Shown here piece after piece: positions 49,384 through 61,200 of a stretch of DNA of 64,000 nt. The stretch comes from Psammoneis japonica (lineage: Eukaryota): positions 124,001 to 188,000 of the forward strand of contig QPGO01000004.1 in assembly GCA_008632985.1 (NCBI GenBank), written 5' to 3'. Both the position numbers and the translations under genes were made by a program. How positions within the stretch are numbered: position 1 is the first letter of the stretch; every line of letters starts with the position of its first letter. The notes under the pieces were generated by a model, which was not told the DNA's origin, did not search any database, and was given only the letters and a program-made list of their open reading frames with translations.

Positions 49384-52300
49384 ATGGAAATGCGACAATA
49401 TAAGTCTCCGAGGCGTGGTGTTGGTCTTTCGGCAGCTTCAAGAGACGACGAAGCAAGTTGTGTGAGTTTCGGGAGCGCATCAACAGCTCTGACCGCAACA
49501 AAGAAACTTTCGCCTCTTGTATCATCATGCAAACACTTGCTGCAACCCAATGGAAGCATAAATGGACGAAATGTAGTCCGCACAGTACTACCACTGTTCC
49601 CATCCATGTGCTCCGCCATTCCAGCAGATTCTAGTATGGGCTCACATCCTGCGCTCGGTAGCATTGATGGACGCCGCCCAATCTCGCATACGCGGGTTAG
49701 AGATTTTATTCTTAGTGAATTTGGAAACGATCTGCATTCACTAGGTTATGGACGTGGCCATAGAATTGCGGTTGTGTTACCGAACGGCCCTGAGTTGGCT
49801 CTGGCAATATTGGCTATTGCAAACTGGGCCTCTTGCGTGCCCCTCAACGCTGCGGGAGCAAAGTCAGAGCTCGAAGCAGACTTGCAGAGATGTGGAGCTG
49901 ACTTGGTCATTGGACCGTACACTGGAGAGCTTTTGCATCAGCGATCGACGGGTCCACCCACTGTGGTAGGACCACGAGACTCCATGCATGATCGATTTGC
50001 TGTGTTGCCTGCAACAGCTGACGGAGGACGAGACTCCGCTGAGTACATGGCGTACGAACACGTACGTTCAAGGCTAGGATGTGTTCTTTTCTTTTTTCTC
50101 TCTCGTCGTTCACCAATACTTACATTGCTGTATTTTTTGTAGGTGAGAGAATCGGCGAACCGACTAGGCATTCCATTCGTTGGACTCCTACCGTGTAAGG
50201 AGGAGGCTGGTATCTTTAGACTTATATCAGAAGACAACCATGAACAGGTAGTAGCCAAGCATTCCCGAGCAACCCAGCCATCTCGTGTCTACCGGAATGG
50301 CGGAGAAGAAGCCGATCGTTCTGCAGGCATGTCGCAAATGTTGGACGGAATCATTCGTTCCACGTCAGGGGAAAGTCACATCACGCACTACACTGAAATG
50401 CACGACGATTTACAGGATGATCAAGTGTCTCGGTTTCTGGCGAATTCACACAACGATGAAGTTCTTGTGCTCTTTACAAGTGGTACCACTGGCAACAAGA
50501 AGGTGGTCCCTCACAAGTTAGGTGATATGTTGGTTGCCACCGCCACGATTGCACTCAGTTGGAATTTGACACCATCCGACATCAATTGCAATCTTATGCC
50601 CCTCTTTCATGTTGGAGGAATCGTTCGCCAAGTCTTTTCTCCCGTCTTGAGTGGCGGTTGTGTTATTTGCTGCCCGTCATTTGATCCCAGTATCTTCTGG
50701 GCCCTGCTCGGAAGGCAGGCGTTTACATGGTATTATGCCGCACCCACAATGCATCAATTGATTTTGCAAACGGGCAAAGAACCTGTGGAATTACATGGCG
50801 GAGATTCTAGTCTTTTGCAGGAAACGAGACCGAGACTACGAATGATTGCAAATGCCGCTGGAGGGCTCTTGCCATCACTAGCGCGAGAATTGAGAGAGGC
50901 TTTTCATGCCAATGTCCTGCCCTCCTATGGAATGACTGAATGTATGCCTATATCATCTCCACCAGCCACTTACAAGTTGGAGAAGCCGGGAACGTCGGGA
51001 GTTGCTGTTGGTCCAGAAATTGCCATCATGGATACTTCGAGTCTAACAAGTCTGCCACCTGGCAAGGAAGGAAATATTTGCGTCCGTGGAGCACCCTGCT
51101 TCCACGGGTACTGGCAAAACTTAACAGAACCCAATTCTGAGCTCCCTGAAGCTTCGTTTTTAGAGGGAGGATGGTTTAATACAGGGGATTTAGGATATTT
51201 GGATGACGATGGCTATCTTTACATTACTGGTCGGTCTAAGGAAGTTATCAATAGGGGCGGTGAAATCATCAGTCCCATGGAAGTGGAGGAGGCCGTCTTG
51301 AGTCACCCAGACGTTCAAGCGTGCGCCGCATTTTCTGCACCCCATAGCGTTCTACAAGAGGTGGTAGGTATTGTCCTGGTGACTACGCCGGGTCGACCCA
51401 GACTTGATTTGCATACACTTCACGAGTATCTCGGAGACGAGCGACTTGCTGCACCAAAATGGCCACAGTGCATTGTCTTCATGAACGACTTACCGAAGAG
51501 TCATACTAACAAGTTGCTACGCGTGAAACTTCGAGAACGGCTGGGATTGCCGGAGTTAAATGATGGCATGTACCCCGTAGAACGAACATTTCAAGCGAAG
51601 TGTCCAGCAAAGGGGACATCCTTGACTACGGCGATTCCATCCGAATGCGTCCCCATATCGCCTTTAGAAGTGCAGGAAAGGCTTCGAGAAAGATTATTAG
51701 TTTCCGACACACGTCATATAGTTGATCCAGTGGGGAAAAAGCTTTTGTTTGTGGTGCCACATCCGTCAAGAATCGGGGCATTGGTCTGTCATGTTCGAGA
51801 TATTGACCGTGTTCGGGCAATTCAAGTTGCGCAGGAGACGTTGCACCGATACGCGGTACCAAGTCATTTTGTCGAAATCAAACGCGACCTCTCTTCATTC
51901 ACTGAACGGGATTTCTTGCCTCCCACTTCGCAAGATGCAGTTTCCTTCATCATTCAATGCAGTTTGTCACCACAGACTGGTCCTGCGGATGAGCTTGTCG
52001 AGGAAATGCAGCAGCTTTTTACAGACCTCTTGGATCTCGATTGCTTCCCTGCACCGGATACCAACTTTTTCAATTTGGGCGGTAGCTCAATGTTGGCGTC
52101 TCAATTGGCAAGCAAGATTCGCAAGAGGCACAACATCCCGTTTAGCGGTGCAGAGGTGTTTCACCACGCAAGTTGCAACGCTATGGCTACAACAATTCGA
52201 GAACGTGGCGAGGAGGCAGCCGCGATGGTCGTCGCCATGAATGGAAGTACCCAGGGCCCAGGTGCTAGACACACATCTGCTCACGCTTCAGTTGGCTCTG

Positions 52301-54804
52301 GCAACTCAGCAAGCCTCGATTCATCCTCACTTCCATCGTCAAAGGGAACGAGATCGTCGGCAGCTTCGTCCTATTTCAAGAATGTCGACACACAAGGTGC
52401 ACCGTTTGCTGCAGCTCCGCTGAAACCTGAAACAAGTTTCTTCAGATCACTCTTTCAGCTGGTGCCACTGTTTGTTGTGTTTCCGATTTTCCAGGTGTCA
52501 AGATTCTTTTTGTTCTTTTCAACCTTGCTGCTTGTGTTGCATCAAGTGCCTGTTGAACGGAACTTTTTCACATTCGTCATCTCAGTGGCCGGTTTTCATG
52601 TTCTGTGGGTGGTGCTTTCTCCGCTTGTTTTTGTCTTCATCAAGTGGATCGTGATTGGAAGGTACAAGCCTGGCCGTTATGCTATTTACAGCACTTACTA
52701 CTTGCGGTGGTGGTTTGTAGATGTGTGTCGTAAGCTATTTGGTAGGGGCATCTGGGGCTCGAACGAGGTTTTGCTGAACTTTTACTACAGGCTATTGGGT
52801 GCAGATATTGGCCAAGGAGTGCACATTTCTCCGGATGCTGAAGTTGCAGAGTTTGATTTGGTGTCTGTAGGCGATTTCGCCGCAATTGAATACTCTACGC
52901 TCCGTGGTTTTGGTGTCGACAACGGCTGCATGATTCTCGGCCCTGTGACAGTCGGTATGCATGCTAGCGTCGGAGTCAGATCCGTGGTAGCCCCCTACAC
53001 TTCAATTCCTGATGGTGCTCACCTCGGGGCAATGTCTTCAAGCTACGAGTTAGGCCCGTCATTGGATCCCAAGAATGCCCGATACAACCGTCAAGCTATG
53101 CCGCAGCCTAACTTTTTGTGGCAGATGCTTGTGGGAAACCCAATAGCATTTTTTGTCGATACTTGCTCCCACATCCCTTCCATGCTTATTTTATTTTGGA
53201 TGATTAACCTACCACTGAAACAAGACAAGGAGTTCTCTACCATGAGTGACATGATGGAGTGGCTGTGTGATGTGAGGCGTATACCCTTCTATATTGGTAT
53301 CCGATTGGCACGAGCCTTGCTATCCCCCTTGGTTTACATGCTATTTGCCGTCTTAGTAAAGTGGTTTGTAATTGGGAAGTTTCAGCCGGGTCCAAGGGAC
53401 ACGTCCTCGCAATGGCAGCTTACGAGGCATTGGTTGGCGGCTACGCTTTTTTCACGAGATAATATGAACGGCGTGTCAGAGCTCTTGGGTCGACACTACT
53501 GGCTGGTCAGTTGCCTCTTTCGACTGCTCGGTGCAAAGGTTGGACAACGTGTATTCTGGCCCGGACACTTGCCTGTCTTCTCAGGTGAATTCGATTTGTT
53601 AGAAATCGGTGACGATGTCGTCTTTGGATCTCGTTCAGTAATGATCTGCACAACGCTGGACTCGTGTGAGAAAATCATTCTTTGTGCAGGTTCCAACGTC
53701 GCTGACAACTGCGCAGTTCTTCCTGGTAGTATCATTGGTAAGAACGCAGTGTTGGGATCTAATTCTGTGTGCCCGCAAGGATGGTATCTTCCTGAATCCA
53801 GTGTTTGGTTCGGAGCACGCGGTTGCGAGCCTGTCATGCTCGAGAAAGGAGTAGACGTCGACATCGACAAAGGCTTAGGACCTATATTGGCTTCAGACGT
53901 CGAGGTTGAAAAACTCCCCTTCGAAGGCGACAAGACCACTCTTCGACCTTTCGGAAAAGCCTTCTACGAAAGAGATGCTGACTATTTTGTTTGGCCATTG
54001 AGCATCATTATTCTCCTAACTGCAGCGTCAAAGGCGATGGTTGCATCCGTTCATACTATTCCTCTCTTGGGTGCACTCCACGTTGCCGCAGGATTCATGT
54101 ATGGCTATCCGATCAGTGAAAGAGACTATGACGCAGAGCAGTACTCCTCTCTTACTACATACTTGATTTTGCTATCCGTTTTCTTCTTCACCCACTTCGT
54201 TCGGGTCATGCTTTGGTTGATGATTGAACTTGGAGGAAAGTGGGGTTTCATGGGGCAACGGGAGGAAGGGCGGTACAATTACGATTGCTCCGATTACGCG
54301 CAGAGGTGGGAGCTGTACCAGCTTATCACACGGCTCCGAAACTTTCATCGACTGAACATGCTGGATTTTATTGCCGGATCACCGTTCATGTCAGCTTTCT
54401 ACAGGTTGAACGGGAGTAAGATTGGCCCAGACTGCTGCCTCTATCCCGCAGGCGGGGATCCCTACATGCCTGAACCTGATCTCGTCTCCATAGGCAAGAA
54501 TTGCGTTTTGGATTGCGCGTCTATTGTGTGCCATCTCAATACCCGGGGAAATTTTGAGTTGGCAAAAATTACCATTGATGATTACGTCACACTTCGCACG
54601 CAGTCGCGTCTCCAAGAGGGAGTTCACATGGAATCTGGCTCAATGATCCTTGAGAAAAGTCTTGCCATGACTGGAGAGGTAATAGAAGCCGGTAGTGTAT
54701 GGCAGGGTGCTCCGGCAGCACGTATGTTTGAATACCAGCTATACTCTCCATCAAGATCATTTGGAAATGAACCCGACCCTTCGTTTGACGGAGCAATTGT
54801 TTAG
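49384..54804 (+). CDS. Membrane-bound single-module NRPS-like enzyme: adenylation domain + carrier domain + Pls-type terminal domain (TM helices with three left-handed beta-helix-like repeats)
   Basis: Exon 49384..50061, intron 50062..50142, exon 50143..54804. LFTSGTTGNKK, MPLFHVGG, YGMTE, FNTGDLG, GRSKEVINRGGE, LPKSHTNKLLR; FFNLGGSSMLA; KWIVIGRYKPGRYAIYSTYYLRWW; LLGADIG.., LLGAKVG.., LNGSKIG.. repeats. Confidence 0.88.
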
Positions 54805-55239
54805 CGAAAACATGAAGGATTCGCTGGGTAAGGACTCTCTCCCTCTCTAGTATTACAAAACAATTATAGTTAAGTATCAGGCTTTGACGGATGAAGTCAA
54901 ATTAAGTTACAACGAAGTACTCTTCAGCCAAGATCTGTCTTGTTGTGGCATGGTATTTGTAGCTTCCTGATTGTGATCGGTCGCTCGTCGCGGTATCGTC
55001 GCTCCGGATTGAGCCAGCATTGGGCTTCGCGGCCGGAATCGCGGCGGCAGATTTATTGGAAATCCGTGTCTTCCCCCCTTTCACCACTGCAGCAGCAAAA
55101 TTAAGATCGGCCACAACAACGGCGGCCGCCGGCGCTTCGAACAGGACAGCTTCATCATTTATGGAGTTCGAGCTCAGACATGCTCATCATGGAGCTGGCC
55201 ATTAAAAAGCCAGCTCCTGTGGGAGGGAGGGTCTTTTAG

Positions 55240-58200
55240 GAGGGTCTTTTAAGCTGCCCGCTTGCTTGTTCAAAGAATGAATTCATTGGTCCCAAAAAAG
55301 GCATTGCAAATGTTGAAATGGTCAAGCAGGAGGCAAGCCCCCAGGCATCTGTCCATGGAAGGACAGACTGAAGGTGATCAACAGGTGCCTTGCACCATCT
55401 TCCCGATTCTGCAGTGGCAGCCAACTCAGTGCCAAGCACACTGGGAGGCAGAGGTCCATTTGCAGAGCTCCAGCTCCAGCTCCAGGCTCACACTTGCCAC
55501 AGAGCTGCCCAACAGAAAGCTGGCTCCAAGGCCACTTTTGCTGGCACAAACCTGGAAAGTGGGGGCAACATCAATCTTGAGAAAGAGTGCAACATGAGTC
55601 GGTGTTTTTATTTGGGGTCAAGGAGCAAGGACCAGAGGGGTTGTTCAGCTTGGATGTGGGTGCATTGGAGCATTTTGCTGGAGAGTGCCAACATCCAATG
55701 AGGAGACAAACAATGTTGCAGTTGACTTCTTGGGAGTGTGCAGGGACACTGTCAGGTAAGAAACCACAAGCAAGAAAGCAAAAGACAGCAACAGCATGGT
55801 TCAAAAGAATGTGGGTCATGTTGCAGAGTGTGTGACAAGTTTGAAGGCATTGCCTTCATGATTGTGAGGCAAGAGACACATGTGGAGGAGAGGTGCTGTG
55901 TTCGTGCACAGGTGAAGATTGCATGGCAAACTGCAGCCAGAGGTCTGGGGCCAGGCAGAGTGGAAAATCTCCACTTTCTGCATGAAAAGCTGATGACTTT
56001 GCCCACACACTGCTCTTTTGATCTGTGCACTTGAGGACAGAGAAGGTGGTGGAGGCCCCCACAGCTCAGAACTGGTGGCTGGTGTGTGCAGAGATTGTGA
56101 TGCATGGGACTGGTGATTTTGACTTTACACAGTCAAAATGGGGGGCAGCATTGGGTGGTGCAGCTCTGCAATGTTTGCCAGGCTGGAGCCAAAAGCAGGC
56201 CAGTGCAATCGTGCCAGTGGTGTGGTGTGTGCACAGCCCACAAGTGTGGCTTTGGAGCAAGAGAGGCAGCAGCCATGACATTTTAAAGCAGCCATGGGTC
56301 CTGGTGGAGAAAATGGGGCTGGCAGAGTGTTTGTTGGGTTCAGAAGAGTGGCCCCCATTCAATGTTTTTATGTTTGCACTCAAAAACTTGTCTCTTGTTG
56401 CCATTGCTGCACGACAATGATTTCTGCAGTTGCACCTTTGTCAGGGGCTGGGGGTGAGGGGGTGCTCACAGAACCAAACTGGCTCTGTGACTTTGCACAG
56501 CAGGTGCATTGCTGGGGCAAATTGAGGGTGACTCATGTGTGAGTTCACAGATTGGAAGCTTGCAAAGGTGATTCTGGATGTGTTTTTGTGTGGGTTCTGA
56601 TGTGCACACAGTTCAAACCAAAGGAAAAACCTGTTTGACAATGTCTTTTTATGTTCATCATTCAAAGTGAGCAACTCTACAGTCTCAAAAACGTCAACCT
56701 TCTAAACCTTCTGTAAGTCAACACACAGAACCCCTGGGCTGAGAATCCTGTTTTTTGCTGCAGTGAGCAAGCTGATGGTGGACACAAAGTCTGTGCCCAC
56801 TTGCTGGAAACCCCTGCTGCCATGAATGTGGCATCCACCAACAGTGCTGGGATGAGCAACAAGTTCATGTGGCAGCAGTGCTGGGCAAAGAAGGAGGAAG
56901 GAAACAGGGTCTTTGACCTCTTGTTGAAAGGAGGCTGGGGCAGAAAGCCCCCCCCAGCTGCCAGTGCTCCTTCTGTGCTCATTGTTTTGATGACAATGGC
57001 ACACCCCACCTGCCACAATCATCCATGGTGTGTCCCAGTTGCATGTCCAACAGCAACAATGAATGTGCTCTCCATTGACATTTTCAAAGGCATGCCCCCA
57101 ATGTTCTTCTTTCTTGCAGTTTGGGCTCAACAATGCACATCCATCTCCCCATTGTCTCCTCAGCAATGCCACTGCATTTTGATCTTCAGATCTGTCAGGA
57201 TCTCTCAGCAGCTGTTTCTTTGACTCAAGTCCCAATGGACTCATGTTCTTGTCCATTCCAGGTGGTGGTGATTTGACTTCAGCATCTCCCTCTTTTTGTT
57301 TGTCCTTCCTGATTTTTAATTCATGAACAATGGTCTTGTCTCAGCCAGTGGACAAGGTGGCAAGTGGGGTGTCAATGACGATGGTGATTCTCAAAATTTG
57401 CCAGAGGTGGAGCACATTTGTGCTGGCTCTCAGGCTCAGCAGATCTCTGATGACAGCTTGTTCCATGATGTGCTTCTTTTGAAGGAGGAGTTTGGCATCA
57501 TGCTTTCAGCATCTTTTCACTCCTCCTTGCACTCAGTGGACATCAACAGAAGCATTGTCATTGATGATGATGACAATGGCATGCACTGTTTTGATCAACT
57601 TGACTTGGAGGAAATGGAAGAAGCTCAACTTTTGAGACATCCAGAGTTGGTTGTCATCATGAAGAAACATCATCTTTCCTGCAGCTTGTGCAAGGCTTTT
57701 TTCTGCTTTTTGGCCAGACTTGCCAAGAAGAAGAGTGACTGGGTCTGCAAGCACAAGTTTTTATCCTGCTCTGCTGGCTTGAGATGCATGAAAGCAAAGT
57801 GTGCTGATCATGTTGGGCTGGAGCTGCTCCACTGTGCATGTTGGACCCAAGTTTTCCTCTGCTATTTTTTCTTTTTTGCATTGTGTGAGAAGGGTGTTCT
57901 GTGATCCCAAGGTTGTCCAGCAGCACCAGTGGTCACATGAAGAGAAGTGATGTTCCCAAAGCAACAAGCACATTTGTGACTCTCTGAACATGGACAATTG
58001 GTGAAAGCAAGCCAAGGATGATCTTCAAATGTCTCTTGCTGAACTTGGAAATGAGTGCACCAGCACCATGTCTCTGAGAGCTTGACCAATTGCCTTGCAG
58101 AGGAAGTGTCAAACCCTTTCCCTCTGCCACCTCCACAATGACCATTGCTCCTGGCATGGCCAGCTCCACAACCACCTGCACAACAAGAGCAGATTGATGC

Positions 58201-61200
58201 AACAAAAGCTGAGACATGAACCTTCTACAAATGCAAATGCGTTGTGTCAGATTTAATCACTGTCAGCTGCACAACAACTTGTGAACAAAAAATTGTGCAA
58301 CAATGTAGACCAACAGAACACAACTCACTTGTGTCAACTCAAATGATTGAAATCTGCACAAACATGTGTGATCATGGAATTTTAAAAAATGGCCACTTGC
58401 AAAATGACACAGACAATGATCACTGGGCCAACTGGCTTGGCATCACACAAAAGAACACATCATCACCACCACACAAAACAACACAAAACTTGGAATGCAT
58501 CCAAACATCCTGGGTGCAAAATGATGGCATTGTGGGAAGGCACCAACAAAGCCAAGGACTGTGCCCACTCAAAAATTTAAAAAAAGCCATGGGAGGAAAG
58601 GCAAAAGGTCAGAAGTGTGGTGCAAGTGCAGACAGCTTCTTTCAGAACAGTGCAAAATGCTGGCACTTTTGCCTGTCCTTGATCCTCGGATGAGTTGACA
58701 TGAGTTGCACCAGCAGGGGAAACACCATGCTGCAACACTGCACCATCAAGGTCAGCAGAAAAAGCATCATTGTGAAATGGCTGCCGAACCAAACATGAGG
58801 GACCCACAACTGCTCTGCTCCCTTCTGTCAAGCATTGCTGGCCTGTGGCCTTCCTTGTGGGATGAGCAACATGCACAGACTCTCATTGAAAGACAAACAA
58901 TGGGAGCATGATGCCAATTGGAGCATGGACACTGACTGGAGTTTGGAGCATGACACAAGGCAGCACAGCCAAGAATGACAAGATGCTGCACAGACAGCAA
59001 AAGACAATGGGAGAACAAAAAGAAATGACAGAGTGAAGACAAGGCAGCAGGCAACACAGAACAAAGAAAGGTGCAGCACAGAAAGTTGACAAATTGCAAA
59101 ATGTGCAAATCAAGTTGTCAGCATTGCACAGGCAACAAAAAAGAGAACTGTGATGAGATTGATTTGCGTGGTTTCTGTGATCCATGTTTTTGGCAATTTG
59201 TCACAGGCCCGCTGTTGTTGGAGTCAAGAACTGACAAGTCACATGTGTTCCTGCTTCACTCCATTGACTTGATTGTCAATGCAATGACTGCACTGCAAAC
59301 CAAGTGCAAACATGTGCAAAATCCATCTCATCAAGATCTCATGAATCACAAAACCAAATTTCCTTGAGCCTGGTCTCCTGTTTTGCAAATTGCTCAATCA
59401 TTTTAAAAACTCTTTAATGCAATTAGAAAAAAGCACCACTTGTGGTGTTGACAACAACTTTTCAATGCCATGCGTGAAGTTTTAAAATTTTGTTTCAGCA
59501 ATCACATGCCCTGGATTGATGCGCAACAAATTTTCCATCCTCAAAAACACACATTTCCACTCTTTGGTCATCTTCAAGTGACAATCCATCATTGGGCAGT
59601 GCCCTCTCAAAATTTGCTCATTTTCATGGAAATTTTGTGCAACAACTGCTCAGACCATGGCAGAGCCTGCTGCATCACCTGGCAAGGAAGAACATTCTCT
59701 CCATGCTGCTCTCTCATCTTGGGACACACAGACAACACACAGACATTTGTTGACAGGAATGCCATGCCAGTTGCAGAGTCATGACCCAGTGCTTTTGAGG
59801 GTTGCAGCAAATTGAAGCAATGATGAATGACATGCTGCCACACACCTGCCACAAGTCAAAAGTCCAGGAGTCAACTTTCTCATGCTAAAAAGAAGCTTGT
59901 TTGTTCCACCAGTCACAAACAAACCATGCCCCAACTTTGAGCTTTGAAAAGCAACAATTCACCATGGGTGTCTGACTCAGATGATGGCTCTGACTGTGAT
60001 CCATGTAACAATGCATGGCTGTCATGGGACTCCAGTCCTGCAGCTGCAGAAAAGCAACATGTTGCAAGGAGAACAATGACAGCAACAATGACGCTGGCAA
60101 CAACAGCACACACAGAATCACCAGAGGCAATGAGTGGAGTGAACACTCAGATTGCTTGAGGCTGGTTGATCATTTGGTCTTGAAGTTTGATCTTTGTGTT
60201 GAAGATGAGGATTTGTTTTTAAACAATGAATTGTTTTGACACAATGAATTGCACTCTGGCATGGACCATGCACAAATGTTGCTGCCAGCTTTGACATTGG
60301 GTGATTGCTTGTTGCAACACACAAAACAGGGAGTGTTGCACAAAAGAAACACTTGCCAGCTCCAACGGCATTGGCGACATTTTCCTTGTTGTTTTCAGAC
60401 ACATTTGGTGTCAAATGGAAATGCAGTTGCTGTCAAATGCAAAATGATGACAAAAATGACAACACAACAGCTCTGCAGCTCACTTCACCTCCTCTTTGAG
60501 GGAGTGACATTGACTGCAAGAATCTTGCACATGTTTTGACTCGTGAACAGATTAAAAGTCAGTCATGAACCCAAATGTTGCTTTGACATTTAGGTCCCAA
60601 CACCACATTTGGTGTAAGAAACATCTTAAAACAGCCTCTTTCTAACTGGCATTGATCACACTTGAGGAGAACTTGTTGACAACAAGCCACAGATTAACTC
60701 TGAACAAGAGCAACAACATTTTGTTCCAGGTGCAGAAGACAATTCCAAAAAGTGGTGTCAAGAAGTGGTGCTTGCTTGTGGATGTCGTCAGTCATTTGCA
60801 GGATTGTTGAGACAGCTGCAGCTTTGCTGGTGGCAGCCAGTCATGGACCCCTTGCAGCGCCAGTGCATGTGACAGCCAAGTGGTTCTGTCTGTGACACAT
60901 TTTGGTGGCAGTTTGCTCTCTTGCCAATGCCAAGGCAACAACATGTGCCCAGTTGGTGGAGAAGGCTGCCACCAGCAACTTTGAGGTTGGAGTTGGCAAT
61001 GGCACAAGAGTGGGCCAGTTGACCTGCTCTCTCACAGGATTTTGCCAGATGGGTGACAAGGGTTGGCAATGCTGTGCTGTGAGAGCTGGTTGTTCATGGA
61101 CAATGGCAACAAAAGTTTCCCCTGACACCCCTGACACAAGGTCTGAAAGGGCAATTGACAGCATGCAGCCATGGCCTGTGACAACCAGACACTTCCTGCA

